Assembly (NCBI GenBank): GCA_047285305.1
Contig: JBJBDL010000003.1
Coordinates: 384,001 to 448,000, forward strand
Length of the DNA: 64,000 nucleotides
Direction: 5' to 3'
Origin: Synechococcus sp.
GTDB lineage: Bacteria > Cyanobacteriota > Cyanobacteriia > PCC-6307 > Cyanobiaceae
Positions within the stretch are counted from its first letter, which is position 1. The number at the start of each line of letters is the position of its first letter. The notes under the pieces are model-generated. The model was not told where the DNA came from. It saw only the letters and a program-made list of their open reading frames with translations, and ran no database searches. Shown here piece after piece: positions 28,285-40,709 of the stretch. The position numbers and the translations under genes are program-made.

Positions 28285-28410
28285 TCACCAAACCCGGCAG
28301 ACATCCGAAGAGTGGTGACGCTGGCAGATGGAAGCCTGAACACCGGGGTCTTCAGGAGCCAGCACCACAGCACCGGCGAGCAGGGCAGCCGTCAGGATGG
28401 ACCTGAGCAC
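28285..28410 (-). CDS. Small exported hypothetical peptide (41 aa)
   Basis: Hand translation MLRSILTAALLAGAVVLAPEDPGVQASICQRHHSSDVCRVW from GTG; hydrophobic leader plus cysteine pair. Confidence 0.6.
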   Translation of the reverse strand: MLRSILTAALLAGAVVLAPEDPGVQASICQRHHSSDVCRVW

Positions 28411-28455
28411 AATGGGTCCGGAGCGGGAGTCATGGAGAGACGACGACATCACGAC

Positions 28456-28483
28456 AGTACATTTGATCTAATACATGTGTACT
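28456..28483. promoter_or_regulatory. Two abutting putative LexA boxes
   Basis: AGTACATTTGATCT and AATACATGTGTACT, each one mismatch to RGTACNNNDGTWCB. Confidence 0.65.
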
Positions 28484-28484
28484 G

Positions 28485-29438
28485 ATGCTTGCTGATCTTG
28501 TCAAGCGGTCCCAGCCTCTAGCGGCTGACGCCAAGCTGCTGGTGCTGGGCGGTGGGTACAGCGGACGTTGTCTGGCCAGCCTGGCCCGAGCCCTGGGAAC
28601 ACAGGTGCTCTGCACCCGCCGTTCCCTCGACTCTGCCGAGGCTGATCTGCTCTTCGACAGCAACGGTCAAGACCAGCTCGACCCTGCTGCCCTAGCGGGC
28701 GTGACCCATCTGCTATCCACCATCCCCCCGGATCGCGAAGGCAACGATCCGGTCTTGTTGAAGCTGCTGCCAAGGCTCAGAAGCCTGCCGCTGCGCTGGG
28801 CGGGCTATCTCTCCACCACAGGGGTTTACGGCGATCGTCAGGGCGGTTGGGTGTCGGAACAGGACGCTCCGGCGCCAGCGCTGGACCGCAGCATGCGCCG
28901 CCTCAACTGCGAACAAGCTTGGTTGCGCTCAGGTCTGCCGATCCAGATTCTGCGTCTACCAGGCATTTATGGCCCGGGCCGGTCAGTGCTCAACGGCTTG
29001 CAGCAAGGGCGTGCCCGCTTGATCGACAAGCCCGGCCAAGTGTTCTGCCGCATCCATGTGGAAGACATCGCAGGGGCCTGCTGGCACCTAATGCATCTTG
29101 CCGAGCAGGAAGCTCCAGCAAGCTCGAGCAACGGAAGCATCGTGAATGTGGTGGATGACCTCCCGGCTCCTACCGCCAAACTGATGCGGCATGCGGCAGA
29201 CCTGTTGGATTGTGCCCTGCCGCCACTGGAGCCGTTCGACCAGATCGTGGACAGCATGAGCCCAATGGCTCAGTCGTTCTGGAGCGAGAACCGCCGCGTC
29301 AGCAACCACAAGCTCTGCCATGAGCTCGGTTACGCCTTGCTGCATCCGAACTACCGCGTCGGGCTGCAGGATTGCCTGAACCAGGACAAACTCAACCCCT
29401 CTGATATGCGTTCTCCCCCTCAATCAGCCAACGGTTGA
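28485..29438 (+). CDS. Atypical SDR / NAD-dependent epimerase-dehydratase
   Basis: LGGGYSG, YLSTTGVYGD, LRLPGIYGPGR, RIHVEDIA. Confidence 0.9.
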   Translation: MLADLVKRSQPLAADAKLLVLGGGYSGRCLASLARALGTQVLCTRRSLDSAEADLLFDSNGQDQLDPAALAGVTHLLSTIPPDREGNDPVLLKLLPRLRSLPLRWAGYLSTTGVYGDRQGGWVSEQDAPAPALDRSMRRLNCEQAWLRSGLPIQILRLPGIYGPGRSVLNGLQQGRARLIDKPGQVFCRIHVEDIAGACWHLMHLAEQEAPASSSNGSIVNVVDDLPAPTAKLMRHAADLLDCALPPLEPFDQIVDSMSPMAQSFWSENRRVSNHKLCHELGYALLHPNYRVGLQDCLNQDKLNPSDMRSPPQSANG

Positions 29439-29577
29439 AATCGAAACCCTCGCCTTCTTCAGGAAGGGATAGCCCCACATCCTCAAGGAAACGTGAGAGA
29501 TGCAATTCGATCCAGCCATTGCTCAGGCCAGAGGCCAATCCCACCAACAGACACCCCAGCAGCAGCAAACGCAGCAC
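29392..29577 (-). CDS. Small membrane hypothetical protein
   Basis: Hydrophobic N-terminus; fills the gap between the SDR gene and pdxA; short 3' overlap. Confidence 0.45.
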   Translation of the reverse strand: MLRLLLLGCLLVGLASGLSNGWIELHLSRFLEDVGLSLPEEGEGFDFNRWLIEGENAYQRG

Positions 29578-29581
29578 AGCG

Positions 29582-30598
29582 ATGGGCCCCCACGATTCCA
29601 CGAACCCTAGGCATGAGCTGGTGATCGCTCTCGGCGATCCCGCGGGCATCGGCATGGAAGTGGTGCTCAAAGCCCTCGCCTCACCCACGCTCCCCCCAGA
29701 GCTCCAACCCCTGCTGGTGGGTTGCCGACGCACGCTGATCAGCACCCACACGCGACTGCAGCGGCAAACGAGCCAGCCCCTTGCCGACCCCGCAGCCCTA
29801 AGGATCGACGATCAACCGCTGGAGGTCAGCGTTCAGCCAGGACAACCCACCACCAGCGGAGCCGATGCGGGGTTTCGCTGGCTGACCCGCGCCGTCGAAC
29901 TGCTGCAGGAAAGAGGGTCCCGCGCCCTGGTGACTGCCCCCATCGCCAAACACCTTTGGCATGCGACCGGCCATCGCTATCCCGGGCAGACCGAACGCCT
30001 GGCTGAGTTGGCTGGACGCCAGCGCTCCTCAATGCTGTTCACCGCCGTCTCTCCCACCAGCGGCTGGCGCCTGAACACCTTGCTGGCCACCACCCACATC
30101 CCCCTCAGCCAGGTCCCTAAAGCGCTGACCCCAGACCTGGTGCAGCACAAACTGAACGTGCTGGATGGGTTCTGTCGACGCTTCACGAGCACACCACATC
30201 TGCGCATTGCCGGTCTGAATCCCCATGCCGGTGAAGCCGGTCAGCTGGGCCACGAAGAAGCCGAATGGCTACTGCCGCTGCTGGATCAATGGCGAAAGAA
30301 CCATCCTCAGGTGCAGCTGGAGGGTCCAGTCCCTCCAGACACCTGCTGGATCAGCGCTGCGCGCGCTTGGCAGTCACCAAGCCAACCAGGTCCTGACGGG
30401 ATTCTGGCCCTGTATCACGACCAAGGGCTCATTCCCGTGAAGCTGCTGGCCTTCGACGCAGCAGTGAACACCACTTTGGAACTGCCATTCCTTCGCACCT
30501 CGCCCGACCACGGCACAGCCTTCGACATTGCAAACCAAGGGATCGCCAGCCCTGAAAGCACGACGGCAGCCATTCAGGCCGCCTGGGACCTGAGCTGA
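29582..30598 (+). CDS. pdxA: 4-hydroxythreonine-4-phosphate dehydrogenase
   Basis: GDPAGIG, TAPIAK, GLNPHAGE, YHDQGLIPVK, RTSPDHGTAFDIA. Confidence 0.96.
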   Translation: MGPHDSTNPRHELVIALGDPAGIGMEVVLKALASPTLPPELQPLLVGCRRTLISTHTRLQRQTSQPLADPAALRIDDQPLEVSVQPGQPTTSGADAGFRWLTRAVELLQERGSRALVTAPIAKHLWHATGHRYPGQTERLAELAGRQRSSMLFTAVSPTSGWRLNTLLATTHIPLSQVPKALTPDLVQHKLNVLDGFCRRFTSTPHLRIAGLNPHAGEAGQLGHEEAEWLLPLLDQWRKNHPQVQLEGPVPPDTCWISAARAWQSPSQPGPDGILALYHDQGLIPVKLLAFDAAVNTTLELPFLRTSPDHGTAFDIANQGIASPESTTAAIQAAWDLS

Positions 30599-30599
30599 C

Positions 30600-31076
30600 T
30601 CAGGCCGGCTTGACCCGCATCAGCACCTGACCGAATTCAACGGGCGTGCCGTTGTCCACCAGGATCTCTACCACTTCACCGCCAACGTCAGACTCCAGCT
30701 CATTCATCAGCTTCATCGCCTCAAGGATGCAGACGGTCTGGCCGACATTGATGCGACTGCCCACCTCAACAAAGGCTGGTTCGCCCGGAGCGGGAGCGCG
30801 GTAGAAGGTGCCCACCATGGGAGCCGTGACTTCGAGCAGGTCACTGCGGGTTGCGGTGGATGCAGGAGGTGCAGCTGCAGGCTCGGCTGGTGCAACTGGC
30901 GCTGGTGAAGCAGCAACGGGAGCGGGCATGACCGGGGCCATGACGGCCTGGGCCGGCAGGTTGCGACGGATTTCCAGACGGAAGTCGTCCCCTTCCAACC
31001 TGAACTCCTGGATGTCGCTCTCCCCGAGCGCCTCCAGCAAGCGGTGCAGTTGTTCGTGATCCAGCTGCATGGTCAT
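30600..31076 (-). CDS. accB: Acetyl-CoA carboxylase biotin carboxyl carrier protein
   Basis: [16 protein letters not shown]. Confidence 0.98.
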   Translation of the reverse strand: MTMQLDHEQLHRLLEALGESDIQEFRLEGDDFRLEIRRNLPAQAVMAPVMPAPVAASPAPVAPAEPAAAPPASTATRSDLLEVTAPMVGTFYRAPAPGEPAFVEVGSRINVGQTVCILEAMKLMNELESDVGGEVVEILVDNGTPVEFGQVLMRVKPA

Positions 31077-31636
31077 CCGTTTTCGCGCCCGAGGTAACTG
31101 TCGTTGCGGGTATCCACTTTGATCTTTTCTCCCACAGAAAGGAAGAGCGGAACCATCACTTGTGCACCGGTCTCAAGAATGGCGGGCTTGGTGCCACCGG
31201 TGGCGGTGTCGCCTTTGACGCCAGGGTCGGTTTCTTTGATCTCAAGAACCACGGAGTTGGGCAGTTCAACCTCAAGGGGGGTGTCGTTCCAGGACACCAC
31301 GTTCACCTCCATGCCCTCCTTGAGGTATTTGCGGCTCTCGCCGATCTGGTTGGCGCTGAGGCGGGTCTCCTCGTAGGTGGCCATGTCCATAAAGACATAG
31401 TCCTCACCCTCCATGTAGGTGTGCTGAAGCGAGGATTTCTCCAACATCGCCTGGGGAAGCATTTCCCCGGCGCGGAAGGTCTTCTCCACCACGTTGCCGG
31501 ACTTCACCGCCTTGAGCTTGGTGCGCACGAAGGCAGATCCCTTGCCGGGCTTGACGTGCAAGAACTCGACAACACGCCAGACGGCCCCATCGATCTCAAT
31601 CGTGGTGCCGGTGCGGAAGTCGTTACTGGAGATCAT
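31073..31636 (-). CDS. efp: Elongation factor P
   Basis: [22 protein letters not shown]. Confidence 0.98.
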   Translation of the reverse strand: MISSNDFRTGTTIEIDGAVWRVVEFLHVKPGKGSAFVRTKLKAVKSGNVVEKTFRAGEMLPQAMLEKSSLQHTYMEGEDYVFMDMATYEETRLSANQIGESRKYLKEGMEVNVVSWNDTPLEVELPNSVVLEIKETDPGVKGDTATGGTKPAILETGAQVMVPLFLSVGEKIKVDTRNDSYLGRENG

Positions 31637-31668
31637 TCCCACCGAACGGTTCATCGGACTATACGGCT

Positions 31669-32778
31669 GTGCCAAAGTCCCGTCAGCACTGGGGTTCCCC
31701 CTTGGTCCATCAGCGTTTGAACGCCGTCCTTGCTGTTCTGATCAGCTTTACTCTGATCACGATCGCCGCCCCTGCCTGGGCCGCATTGCCCCAGGGCAAT
31801 GCTGTTAAGGACCCTGCCGCGATTCTTCGGGACGCGCTTCCCTTCGAACAGGAAGACATCCGCGAACTGCAGCATCGGCTGGAACTCACCAGTGACGATC
31901 TGCGGGCGAAACGCTGGACAGCCCTAGGTAAGACAGTGTCACGCACTGAATCGCTGCTCAACACCCGCCGCGACACCATCCTGAACGCGGTCCCTGAAGC
32001 CAAGCGCGGTACAGCTGCAGCACTGTTTGAGCGCGTGGATCAGGGTCTTGAAGACCTCAAAGAGAAAGTCAAAGCCACCGACAAACCAGGTTTCATCGCC
32101 GATCGACGCTGGACGCTGCGCTGCATCGGTGATGTGGAGGCCCTGCTGGTGCCCGACGGCTTTGAACGGGAGATCCCCGCAGAATTCGATGCCCTGCCAC
32201 GGCTGCAGGGACGAGCCACCCTCAGCGTGAGCACCACCCAGGGGGAGCTGACCACCGTTGTGGATGGCTACAACGCCCCACTCACCGCAGGCGCCTTCGT
32301 CGACCTCGCCCTCAAGGGCTTCTATGACGGACTGCCCTTTATCCGGGCTGAGGACTTTTACGTGCTCCAGAGCGGTGATCCGGAAGGGCCGGAAATCGGC
32401 TACGTGGATCCAAAGACCAAACAGGAGCGCCATGTGCCCCTGGAGATCCGCGTGCCGGGCGAAGACGACACGATCTACAACGAAACCTTTGAGGACGTGG
32501 GCCTATTCATGGCCACACCAACCCTTCCGTTCGCGACCCTGGGCACCCTTGGCTGGGCCCATTCAGACCAAGCCCTCGACGACGGATCCTCGCAGTTCTT
32601 CATGTTTCTCTACGAGGCGGAACTCACCCCAGCTGGTCTGAACCTCGTGGATGGCCGCAATGCAGCCTTCGGCTACGTGGTGGATGGATTCGATGTTCTG
32701 GAGGAATTGGGCGTCGATGACCGGATCACCGCCGTGAAGGTGGTTGAGGGGGCGGAGCAGCTCAAAGCCCACGCATGA
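31669..32778 (+). CDS. Cyclophilin-type PPIase (thylakoid lumen CYP38/TLP40-like)
   Basis: Signal peptide, [32 protein letters not shown]; start uncertain. Confidence 0.88.
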   Translation: MPKSRQHWGSPLVHQRLNAVLAVLISFTLITIAAPAWAALPQGNAVKDPAAILRDALPFEQEDIRELQHRLELTSDDLRAKRWTALGKTVSRTESLLNTRRDTILNAVPEAKRGTAAALFERVDQGLEDLKEKVKATDKPGFIADRRWTLRCIGDVEALLVPDGFEREIPAEFDALPRLQGRATLSVSTTQGELTTVVDGYNAPLTAGAFVDLALKGFYDGLPFIRAEDFYVLQSGDPEGPEIGYVDPKTKQERHVPLEIRVPGEDDTIYNETFEDVGLFMATPTLPFATLGTLGWAHSDQALDDGSSQFFMFLYEAELTPAGLNLVDGRNAAFGYVVDGFDVLEELGVDDRITAVKVVEGAEQLKAHA

Positions 32779-33761
32779 GCCCGACCCTGGCTGAGCTGAC
32801 TGAAGCGGAGCTACTCAGGCGGCTGGCTCGCTTCGCTCCGCCCGATCAGCTCAGTGACGACACTGCAGCTTTGGCCTCTGATGCCCGACCACTTCTGATC
32901 AACACCGACGTTCTGGTGGATGGCATCCATTTCAGCGATGCCACCACAAAGGCCATGGATGTGGGCTGGCGCGCGGTTGCCGCGAACTTATCCGACTTGG
33001 CCGCCAGTGGTGCCGTCGACATCGATGGAATCACCGTGGCACTGGTGGCCCCAGGCCACACCCGTTGGGACTGGGTGAACGGGGTATATCAAGGCATCAG
33101 TGCCGCCCTGAGGCAGTACGGCGGGGTTCTGCTGGGAGGTGACTGCTCCAAAGGAGAGGAGAGGCTGCTCTCGATAACGGCACTCGGTCGTCTCGGACCC
33201 CTGCGTCTGCATCGCAACGCAGCCCGCCCTGGCGATGTGTTGGTCACCAGTGGGCCCCATGGGCTCAGCCGACTGGGCCTCGCCCTCCTGAAGGACGATC
33301 CAAACGTGCGTGACATCGCTTTGTACTCAAACCTGCGGGACCAGGCGATCGCACGCCACCAACGCCCGACACCTCGGCTGAAAGAAGTCCAGCAGCTGCT
33401 GGCCTGCAAACCGAAGCATCTGCCCTGGCGGGCTGGGGGAACAGACAGCAGCGACGGACTGCTCTCTGCCGTCGCAGGTCTCTGCTGCAGCAGCGGCTGC
33501 GGAGCGATGCTGCAATACGACCAGCTTCCAATGGCAGAAGGCTGGCCTGAGGGAGCTCGATGGACGGATTGGTGCCTCGTCGGAGGAGAGGACTTTGAGT
33601 TGGTGCTGAGCCTTCCCGAGGCCTGGGCCGATGTCTGGCAGCAATGCGTCCCCGAAAGCCAGCGCATCGGCCAGATCAATGCTGAAGCGGGCGTCATCCG
33701 CTGGGCCCACAACCATGAGCAAGTGGACACAAGCGGATTTGATCACTTCGGCCAGCCCTGA
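32775..33761 (+). CDS. thiL: Thiamine-monophosphate kinase
   Basis: DDTA, DVLVDGIHF, NLSDLAA, GGD, DSSDGL, GGEDFEL. Confidence 0.95.
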   Translation: MSPTLAELTEAELLRRLARFAPPDQLSDDTAALASDARPLLINTDVLVDGIHFSDATTKAMDVGWRAVAANLSDLAASGAVDIDGITVALVAPGHTRWDWVNGVYQGISAALRQYGGVLLGGDCSKGEERLLSITALGRLGPLRLHRNAARPGDVLVTSGPHGLSRLGLALLKDDPNVRDIALYSNLRDQAIARHQRPTPRLKEVQQLLACKPKHLPWRAGGTDSSDGLLSAVAGLCCSSGCGAMLQYDQLPMAEGWPEGARWTDWCLVGGEDFELVLSLPEAWADVWQQCVPESQRIGQINAEAGVIRWAHNHEQVDTSGFDHFGQP

Positions 33762-33787
33762 ACAGCCCTGAGCGACGAAGCCTGATC

Positions 33788-33817
33788 AAAAAAAATCCCC
33801 CCCAGATCGGGAGGGAT
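33788..33817 (-). terminator. Intrinsic terminator of gap2
   Basis: ATCCCCCCC/GGGAGGGAT stem with a T8 tail on the minus strand. Confidence 0.7.
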
Positions 33818-33839
33818 CAAAAAAACGATCAACTTGCGA

Positions 33840-34865
33840 TCACTTCCAGTTCTTGGCCACCACCTCGGCGAGGTCAACAACACGCTGGCTGTAGCCCCAC
33901 TCGTTGTCGTACCAGGCCAGGATCTTCACAGCCTTGTCACCCATGGCGTAGGTGAGGTCGGCATCAAAGATGGTGGACTCGTTGGTACCGGCGTAGTCAG
34001 TAGACACCAAGGGCAGATCGCTGTACTTGATGATCCCCTTCATGCCGTTCTCGGAGGCCGACTTGATGGCAGCCTTGATGTCGTCGACGCTGGCGGCACG
34101 GGAGGGGCCGAAGGTGAGGTCAACGGCGGAGACGTTCGGGGTGGGAACGCGCATGGCGAAACCGGTGAGCTTGCCCTTCACCTCGGGGTAAACCAGAGCC
34201 ACGGCCTTGGCTGCACCGGTGGTCGTGGGAACCATGTTCAGAGCTGCAGCACGGGCGCGGCGCAGGTCGCGGTGGCTGTTGTCCAGGATCCGCTGGTCGC
34301 CGGTGTAGCTGTGAATGGTGGTCATCAGACCCCAGTCGAGGCCGAAGTTCTGATCCAGAACTTTGACGATCGGTGCCAGGCAGTTGGTGGTGCAGCTGGC
34401 GTTGCTGAGGATGTCCCAGTCTTCGTGGCGGTACTGGTCGTCGTTAACACCCACAACGAAGGTGCCGACGCGATCACCCTTGCCAGGAGCGGTGAGGATC
34501 ACCTTCTTGGCGCCAGCCTGGATGTGCATGCTGGCCTTCTCATCGGTGTTGAACACACCGGTGGACTCGATCACCAGGTCAACGCCCCACTCTTTCCAGG
34601 GGCAGTTGAGAGGATTGCGGTCGGCGAAGAACTTGATCTCCTTACCGTTAACGAACATCGAGGTGTCCGTGGTCTTGATGTCTACGGAGGGATCGAGACG
34701 CCCAAGGATGGAGTCGTAGGTCAGCAGGTGAGCGCTGGTGGCGGGGTCGGAGGTGGAGTTCATCCCCACGATTTCCAGGCCGGTGTCAGCGCCCCGGCTG
34801 ATCCATCCCCGCAGAACATTGCGACCGATCCGGCCGAATCCATTGATCGCAACGCGCAGGGTCAT
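33840..34865 (-). CDS. gap2: Glyceraldehyde-3-phosphate dehydrogenase (NAD(P), Calvin-cycle type)
   Basis: [46 protein letters not shown]. Confidence 0.93.
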   Translation of the reverse strand: MTLRVAINGFGRIGRNVLRGWISRGADTGLEIVGMNSTSDPATSAHLLTYDSILGRLDPSVDIKTTDTSMFVNGKEIKFFADRNPLNCPWKEWGVDLVIESTGVFNTDEKASMHIQAGAKKVILTAPGKGDRVGTFVVGVNDDQYRHEDWDILSNASCTTNCLAPIVKVLDQNFGLDWGLMTTIHSYTGDQRILDNSHRDLRRARAAALNMVPTTTGAAKAVALVYPEVKGKLTGFAMRVPTPNVSAVDLTFGPSRAASVDDIKAAIKSASENGMKGIIKYSDLPLVSTDYAGTNESTIFDADLTYAMGDKAVKILAWYDNEWGYSQRVVDLAEVVAKNWK

Positions 34866-35025
34866 GGCAGAAGCGGCAAAGCCGCGCAAGGGTTTTGGCC
34901 GCCGATCATACAGAAATCAGCAGAAATACCTTGTTCCACCCCGCTTCAATCAGCTCGATCAGGCCCTCAGCACAGCGGACAAGCAGCGGCAGCTGACTTA
35001 TCTTTCTTCAGACTGAAACCCTCCG

Positions 35026-36435
35026 TTGCCGCGCCTGCTCGACCGTCAGACACCAGTCCACTTCATCGGTGTCGGCGGAATTGGTATGTCGGCTTTGGCC
35101 CGGATTCTCGTTGACCGCGGTCATTCGGTCAGCGGCTCAGACCCGCGTGACAATGCGACAACACAACAACTGAAGACCCTCGGGGTGAAAGTCTTCAGTC
35201 AGCAGGACGCCACCTGCATTGATGCCGTCACGGGAGCAACAGCCGCTGGCTCACCGGTGGTGGTAATCAGCACAGCTATCCCCGAGAGCAATCCGGAACT
35301 GCAGCGGGCCCGACAGCAAGGGCTGGAGATCTGGCATCGCTCCGATCTACTGGCGGCTCTGATCGAGCAGCAACCCTCCATTGCAGTCGCCGGTAGCCAC
35401 GGCAAGACCACCACCAGCACCTTAATCACCACCTTGCTGCTGGAGGCCGATCAGGACCCAACCGCTGTGATTGGAGGCATCGTCCCCAGCCTCGGCAGCA
35501 ATGGTCATGCTGGCCAGGGAAAGCTGCTCGTGGCCGAGGCGGATGAATCCGACGGGTCCCTGGTGAAGTTCAGCCCCAGCCTTGGGGTGATCACCAACCT
35601 GGAACTGGATCACACCGATCACTACTCCAGCGTCGACGACCTGATCTCCACCCTGCAGCGCTTCGCAGGGGGTTGCGATCGCGTGCTGGCCAATCACGAC
35701 TGCCCGATCCTGCAGGAACACTTCCAGCCAACGGCCTGGTGGTCCAACCAAAGCGCCGAATCTGCTGACTTCGCCGCCCTGCCCTTGAGCCTTGAAGGCG
35801 ATCGCTGCGTCGCACGTTTCTATGAAGCCGGCCACCCCGTCGGCGACTTCACCCTGCCGATGGCCGGGCTGCACAACCTGAGCAATGCCACAGGCGCCTT
35901 GGCCGCCTGCCGGATGGAAGGTCTCCCCTTCGACCAATTGGTGGAAGGCCTCGCTGGCCTGAAAGCACCAGGCCGCCGATTTGATCTTCGGGGCACCTGG
36001 AAGGGGCGTCACATCGTTGATGACTACGCCCACCATCCCAGTGAGGTGCAGGCAACCCTGGAGATGGCACGCCTGATGGTGCTCAGTGGCCGCAGTCCAC
36101 TCCCCACAGCACCAAAACGGCTCCTGGCGGTGTTCCAGCCGCACCGCTACAGCCGCACCAGGCAGTTCCTCGATGGCTTCGCCAAAGCCCTGCAGAACTG
36201 TGATCTGCTGCTGCTGGCTCCCGTCTATCCCGCAGGCGAACAACCGCTGCAGGGCATCAGCAGCAACGCCCTGGCGGATCGGGTGCGCGAGCTAAAACCG
36301 GATCTAGAGATCGCCGTCGCAGACAACCTCGATCAACTCACCGAGCTGGTGATCCAGCACAGCTGCGAGAGCGATCTTGTTCTGGCCATGGGTGCTGGCG
36401 ACGTGAATGGACTGTGGTCAAGGCTGACGTCATGA
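35026..36435 (+). CDS. murC: UDP-N-acetylmuramate--L-alanine ligase
   Basis: [40 protein letters not shown]. Confidence 0.97.
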   Translation: MPRLLDRQTPVHFIGVGGIGMSALARILVDRGHSVSGSDPRDNATTQQLKTLGVKVFSQQDATCIDAVTGATAAGSPVVVISTAIPESNPELQRARQQGLEIWHRSDLLAALIEQQPSIAVAGSHGKTTTSTLITTLLLEADQDPTAVIGGIVPSLGSNGHAGQGKLLVAEADESDGSLVKFSPSLGVITNLELDHTDHYSSVDDLISTLQRFAGGCDRVLANHDCPILQEHFQPTAWWSNQSAESADFAALPLSLEGDRCVARFYEAGHPVGDFTLPMAGLHNLSNATGALAACRMEGLPFDQLVEGLAGLKAPGRRFDLRGTWKGRHIVDDYAHHPSEVQATLEMARLMVLSGRSPLPTAPKRLLAVFQPHRYSRTRQFLDGFAKALQNCDLLLLAPVYPAGEQPLQGISSNALADRVRELKPDLEIAVADNLDQLTELVIQHSCESDLVLAMGAGDVNGLWSRLTS

Positions 36436-37334
36436 CCCAGTGCAATCCCCGCCTGCCGCAGGCCGGAGTCAAGCTGGCGGACTACACCACCTGGCGGGTG
36501 GGAGGAGCGGCCGAATGGCTGGCCGAACCCGCCAGCTTTGAGGAAACCCAGGCCTGGATCGAATGGGCCGCTCATCAGGGCATGCCCTGCCGCGTCATCG
36601 GCGCTGGGTCGAACCTGCTGATTCACGATGACGGCCTGCCGGGGCTCTCGCTCTGTCTGCGCAAACTTCAGGGGCTGCAGCTTGATGCCACCACGGGGAC
36701 CGTGGAGGTGCTCGCAGGCGAACCGATCCCATCACTGGCAAGACGCGCTGCACGCGCTGGATTGCATGGTCTGGAGTGGTCGGTTGGCATCCCGGGAACC
36801 GCTGGCGGTGCGGCTGTGATGAATGCAGGAGCCCAGGGAGGCTGCACAGCGGAATGGTTGGAGTCGGTGCGAGTCATGCCCCTGGAGGGGGGCAACTGCT
36901 TTGAGCTGCAGCGGAATCAACTGGACTTCGCGTACCGGCACAGCCGTCTTCAAGAGGACGACCTTGTGGTGTTGTCGGCACGGTTCCGCTTGCAGCCCGG
37001 TCACGATCCGGATGAACTGAAGCGGGTCACCACTGCGAACCTCAGTCACCGCACCACCACTCAGCCCTATCAACAACCCAGCTGCGGCAGTGTCTTCCGC
37101 AATCCCGAACCACTCAAGGCCGGACGGCTGATCGAAGAGCAGGGGCTGAAGGGAACCCGGATCGGGGGCGCCGAAATCTCAACCGTGCATGCCAATTTCA
37201 TCGTCAATACCGGTGATGCCCAGGCGAAGGACATCGCCCAGTTGATCCAGCTGGTGCAGGACCGCATCGAAGCCGAGCACGGAATTCGTCTGCACCCCGA
37301 AGTGAAGCGGCTGGGATTCGCTTCGGCGGCTTAA
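36432..37334 (+). CDS. murB: UDP-N-acetylmuramate dehydrogenase
   Basis: [36 protein letters not shown]. Confidence 0.97.
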   Translation: MTQCNPRLPQAGVKLADYTTWRVGGAAEWLAEPASFEETQAWIEWAAHQGMPCRVIGAGSNLLIHDDGLPGLSLCLRKLQGLQLDATTGTVEVLAGEPIPSLARRAARAGLHGLEWSVGIPGTAGGAAVMNAGAQGGCTAEWLESVRVMPLEGGNCFELQRNQLDFAYRHSRLQEDDLVVLSARFRLQPGHDPDELKRVTTANLSHRTTTQPYQQPSCGSVFRNPEPLKAGRLIEEQGLKGTRIGGAEISTVHANFIVNTGDAQAKDIAQLIQLVQDRIEAEHGIRLHPEVKRLGFASAA

Positions 37335-37358
37335 CGTTCCGGCTCCCACAGTATCGCC

Positions 37359-37700
37359 ATGGCAGGGTTCGGACTCCCCAATTTCGGCCAACTCACCGAA
37401 GCCTTTAAAAAGGCCCAGGAGATTCAGCAGAACGCTCAGGCCCTGCAGGACGAACTGGACGGGATGGAGATCGAAGGCAAGAGCAGCGATGGCCGTGCCA
37501 GCGTTTGGCTGTCGGGCAACCAGCAACCCCTGCGGGTGCGGTTGGACCCAGCCCTGCTGCAGGAGGGCCAACAGGCCAGCGAAACGGCCACCCTTGAAGC
37601 CCTGCAGGCGGCCTATGAGCAATCCACCGCCACGATGAAGGGCCGGATGGAAGAACTCACTGGTGGCCTGAATCTCAACCTCCCCGGGATGGGCGGCTGA
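37359..37700 (+). CDS. YbaB/EbfC nucleoid-associated protein
   Basis: KKAQEIQQ...LQDEL...EGKSSDG pattern and size. Confidence 0.88.
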   Translation: MAGFGLPNFGQLTEAFKKAQEIQQNAQALQDELDGMEIEGKSSDGRASVWLSGNQQPLRVRLDPALLQEGQQASETATLEALQAAYEQSTATMKGRMEELTGGLNLNLPGMGG

Positions 37701-38589
37701 GGCTGCTCTGCTCGATCAACGCGGCCTTGTACAGGGCATAGCGTTCCCACTTAGTGGAGACACCGCAACCGGGCTCACCGCGATGCAGACAGTCGCGGAA
37801 GCGACAGGGCCAGGGATCAAGTTGCTGCCGCAGCTCTGGAAAGAGGACCCCCAGTTCCTGGGGGTCATCCGGCAGATCTGGACGGTTGAACCCAGGGGTG
37901 TCAGCCACCCTCGTGCTCGGGCCCAGGGGAAACAACTCCACGTGGCGGGTGGTGTGGCGCCCGCGCTGCAGTCGGCCGGACACTGCAGCCGTGCGCAGTT
38001 GAAGATCAGGACGCAACTGGTTCAGCAGGCTGCTCTTGCCCACCCCGGAAGGCCCACACAGCACCGACAGCTGCGCACCAGCCAGACGCTGCCGTAAAGC
38101 ATCAATACCCGTTCCGGCTGCACTGGACAGCGCCAGCGGGTCATAGCCCCACCCCTGCAACCGGGTCACAAGCCGCTCGAGCGCTGCAGCTGAAAGAAGG
38201 TCTGCCTTTGTGAGCAGAAGGATCACCTTCAGCCCGGTCCGTTCCGCCGTCAACAGGAAGCGACTGGCTTGATCAGGGTCAAAGCTGGGCTGTTCCACCG
38301 CCAACACCACAGCCACCAAGGAGACGTTGGCCACCGGTGGGCGTGTGAGAAAACTGTGGCGTGGCTCGACCTCGGCCACCACAGCACGCCCCTGGCCTGG
38401 ATCAATCGCCTCGACGCGAACCCGATCGCCCACGTAAACGGCTTCACCACGATGGCTGAGCCGGGTGCGACGAGTGCAGAGAAGCCGCCCTGGGCATCCA
38501 TGAGGTGCGACATCCAGCTCAACCTCCAGGTAGTTGGCCTGGAGCGCCACCACCATTCCGGATGCCACCGAACTACCGGTGTCAGCCAC
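37675..38589 (-). CDS. rsgA: Ribosome small subunit-dependent GTPase
   Basis: [42 protein letters not shown]. Confidence 0.96.
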   Translation of the reverse strand: MADTGSSVASGMVVALQANYLEVELDVAPHGCPGRLLCTRRTRLSHRGEAVYVGDRVRVEAIDPGQGRAVVAEVEPRHSFLTRPPVANVSLVAVVLAVEQPSFDPDQASRFLLTAERTGLKVILLLTKADLLSAAALERLVTRLQGWGYDPLALSSAAGTGIDALRQRLAGAQLSVLCGPSGVGKSSLLNQLRPDLQLRTAAVSGRLQRGRHTTRHVELFPLGPSTRVADTPGFNRPDLPDDPQELGVLFPELRQQLDPWPCRFRDCLHRGEPGCGVSTKWERYALYKAALIEQSSLSRPSRGG

Positions 38590-38809
38590 CGCAGATCACC
38601 TCGATTGTGATGGCATCCGACGTTTGATCAATGCACTCCACACGATGGCCTGCATCCCTCAGGCCTGGAAGAACCATGGCCTCAGGCTCACCCCGATCGA
38701 GAGAGACTTCTAGACAGTCACCGCTGCTCATCTGCTCGAGGGTGAGCTTGCAGCGAATGAAATTCACCGGACAGGGCGTTCCCCGCAGATCCAGGGAACG
38801 CCTGCTCAT
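38582..38809 (-). CDS. TusA/SirA-family sulfur carrier
   Basis: [11 protein letters not shown]. Confidence 0.9.
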   Translation of the reverse strand: MSRRSLDLRGTPCPVNFIRCKLTLEQMSSGDCLEVSLDRGEPEAMVLPGLRDAGHRVECIDQTSDAITIEVICGG

Positions 38810-39942
38810 CCCTTCTGACCGAACAAGCGAGCGAACAGACCACTGTTGTGATGGTGGTGTTGCTTGCCGCGGGCGGAATGGTGACCCGCCAACTGCTCGA
38901 GGAGCTCCCGCTCCACATCACTGATCCGCTTCGGCAGGTCCACGGTGACCGTCACGCGCTGATCACCCCGTGCCACCGGATTCCCCAGCTTGGGAATGCC
39001 CAGATTCGGCAGGGTAAGCACCGTGCCGGGCTGGGTGCCGGCGGGGATGTCCAGCTCCTTGCTGCCATCCACTGTTTCCACCTCAATGGTGTCGCCAAGA
39101 ATCGCCTGGAGGTAGCTGACCTTGACCTCCGAGAAGATGTTCAGGCCATCCCGCTGCAAGCGCGGGTGATTGCGAACGGTGAGGAAAACGTAAAGGTCAC
39201 CGGACGGGCCTCCCCGGGGTCCGGCGTTGCCTTCGCCAGTCACACGAAGCCGTGTTCCCGTGTCCACCCCGGCAGGGATGTTGATCCGCAACTTCTTGCG
39301 CACCTGTTTGACACCCTGGCCACCACAGGACCCGCATGGATCCGAAATCACCTGGCCCGTGCCTCCGCAGTTGGGGCACTCAGCGACCTGGGTGAAACTG
39401 CCGAAAGGAGTCCTGGTGGCACGGCGCACCTGCCCGGCGCCGCCACAAGTGCCACAGGTGGTGGGTCCACTGCCCGCTTTGGCACCGCTGCCGCCGCAGG
39501 TGTCGCAGGTCTCAAGATGCGGGATCTTGATCTCCTGCTCCTGACCGAACACCGCCTGCTCGAAATCGATGGTCAGGTCGTAACGCAGGTCATCCCCCTG
39601 CTGAGCGCCCTGACGCCGCGGCCGACCAGCTCCAGCACCACCGGGTCCACCGAAGCCCTGAAAAAACGTCTCGAACAAATCCGCGAATCCGCCCATGTCC
39701 CCCATGTCGGGGGCACCGGCCGCACCACCAAGTCCGGCTTCACCGAACTGGTCATAACGAGCCCTGGTCTGGGGATCACTGAGCACCTCGTAGGCGCGGC
39801 CGATTTCCTTGAAACGATCTTCAGCTCCCGGATCTTTGTTGATGTCGGGGTGGTACTGACGCGCCATGCGCCGATAAGCCCTCTTGAGGCTGTCGGGATC
39901 CACATCCCGGCTGACGCCAAGCAGGTCGTAGAAGTCGGCCAT
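38806..39942 (-). CDS. dnaJ: Chaperone DnaJ
   Basis: HPD J-domain, G/F region, four CxxCxGxG repeats. Confidence 0.98.
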   Translation of the reverse strand: MADFYDLLGVSRDVDPDSLKRAYRRMARQYHPDINKDPGAEDRFKEIGRAYEVLSDPQTRARYDQFGEAGLGGAAGAPDMGDMGGFADLFETFFQGFGGPGGAGAGRPRRQGAQQGDDLRYDLTIDFEQAVFGQEQEIKIPHLETCDTCGGSGAKAGSGPTTCGTCGGAGQVRRATRTPFGSFTQVAECPNCGGTGQVISDPCGSCGGQGVKQVRKKLRINIPAGVDTGTRLRVTGEGNAGPRGGPSGDLYVFLTVRNHPRLQRDGLNIFSEVKVSYLQAILGDTIEVETVDGSKELDIPAGTQPGTVLTLPNLGIPKLGNPVARGDQRVTVTVDLPKRISDVERELLEQLAGHHSARGKQHHHHNSGLFARLFGQKG

Positions 39943-40619
39943 CAGGCCTCCTCCGCCGTCTGATCCGGTGCCGCTGCGGCCTCAGCGGGCGCTGACACTG
40001 GATCGGATGGTCCTGGACCCATTGACACCTTCACCATGGCGTGGCGCAGCACGCGCCCATCGCGGTGGTAGCCGCGCTGAAGCTCCTCGCAGACCACGTC
40101 CTCAGCGAACTCGCTGCTTTCCTCCCGCAGCACGGCCTCATGCAGATTGGGGTCGAACTCCTGGCCAACCACTTCCATCCGGGCCACCCCCTGCTGCTTC
40201 AGCACCTCCACCAATTGCTTGTACAGACCCTGGTAACTACGGTGCAGCGCTTGGGCTTCCTCACCTTCAGGATTCAGCTGCTGACGAGCCCGCTCGAAGT
40301 TGTCGACAACGGGGAGAATCTCCGTGAGGGTCGAGCAGACCAGCTGCTGACGCATATCGTCCTGATCGCGGCTCTGGCGCTTGCGGAAGTTGTCGAAATC
40401 CGCCGCAATGCGCATGTATTGGCTGTTGAGCGTCTCGTACTCCTGCTTCAACGCGCTCAACTCCTGCTCGAGCTGCTGCATCCGATCCGCCGGATCCACC
40501 GCTGCAGGAGCCTGTTCAGACGTCGCCTCGGGCGCATCAGGAGCGGACTCCGGCGTGGCTGGAACAGCACCGGACGCAACGGTCTGGTCCTGCTCTGGGG
40601 TGGAGGCGTCGCCGCTCAT
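39942..40619 (-). CDS. grpE: Nucleotide exchange factor GrpE
   Basis: [36 protein letters not shown]. Confidence 0.98.
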   Translation of the reverse strand: MSGDASTPEQDQTVASGAVPATPESAPDAPEATSEQAPAAVDPADRMQQLEQELSALKQEYETLNSQYMRIAADFDNFRKRQSRDQDDMRQQLVCSTLTEILPVVDNFERARQQLNPEGEEAQALHRSYQGLYKQLVEVLKQQGVARMEVVGQEFDPNLHEAVLREESSEFAEDVVCEELQRGYHRDGRVLRHAMVKVSMGPGPSDPVSAPAEAAAAPDQTAEEA

Positions 40620-40709
40620 GCTGACCGCTCAGGGATTGCTGTTTAGACATGTTGAAGGGCAACGCTTACCTCCCACAAGCTGCGGAAGCCCGCACCTCCG
40701 TCGCCATCA

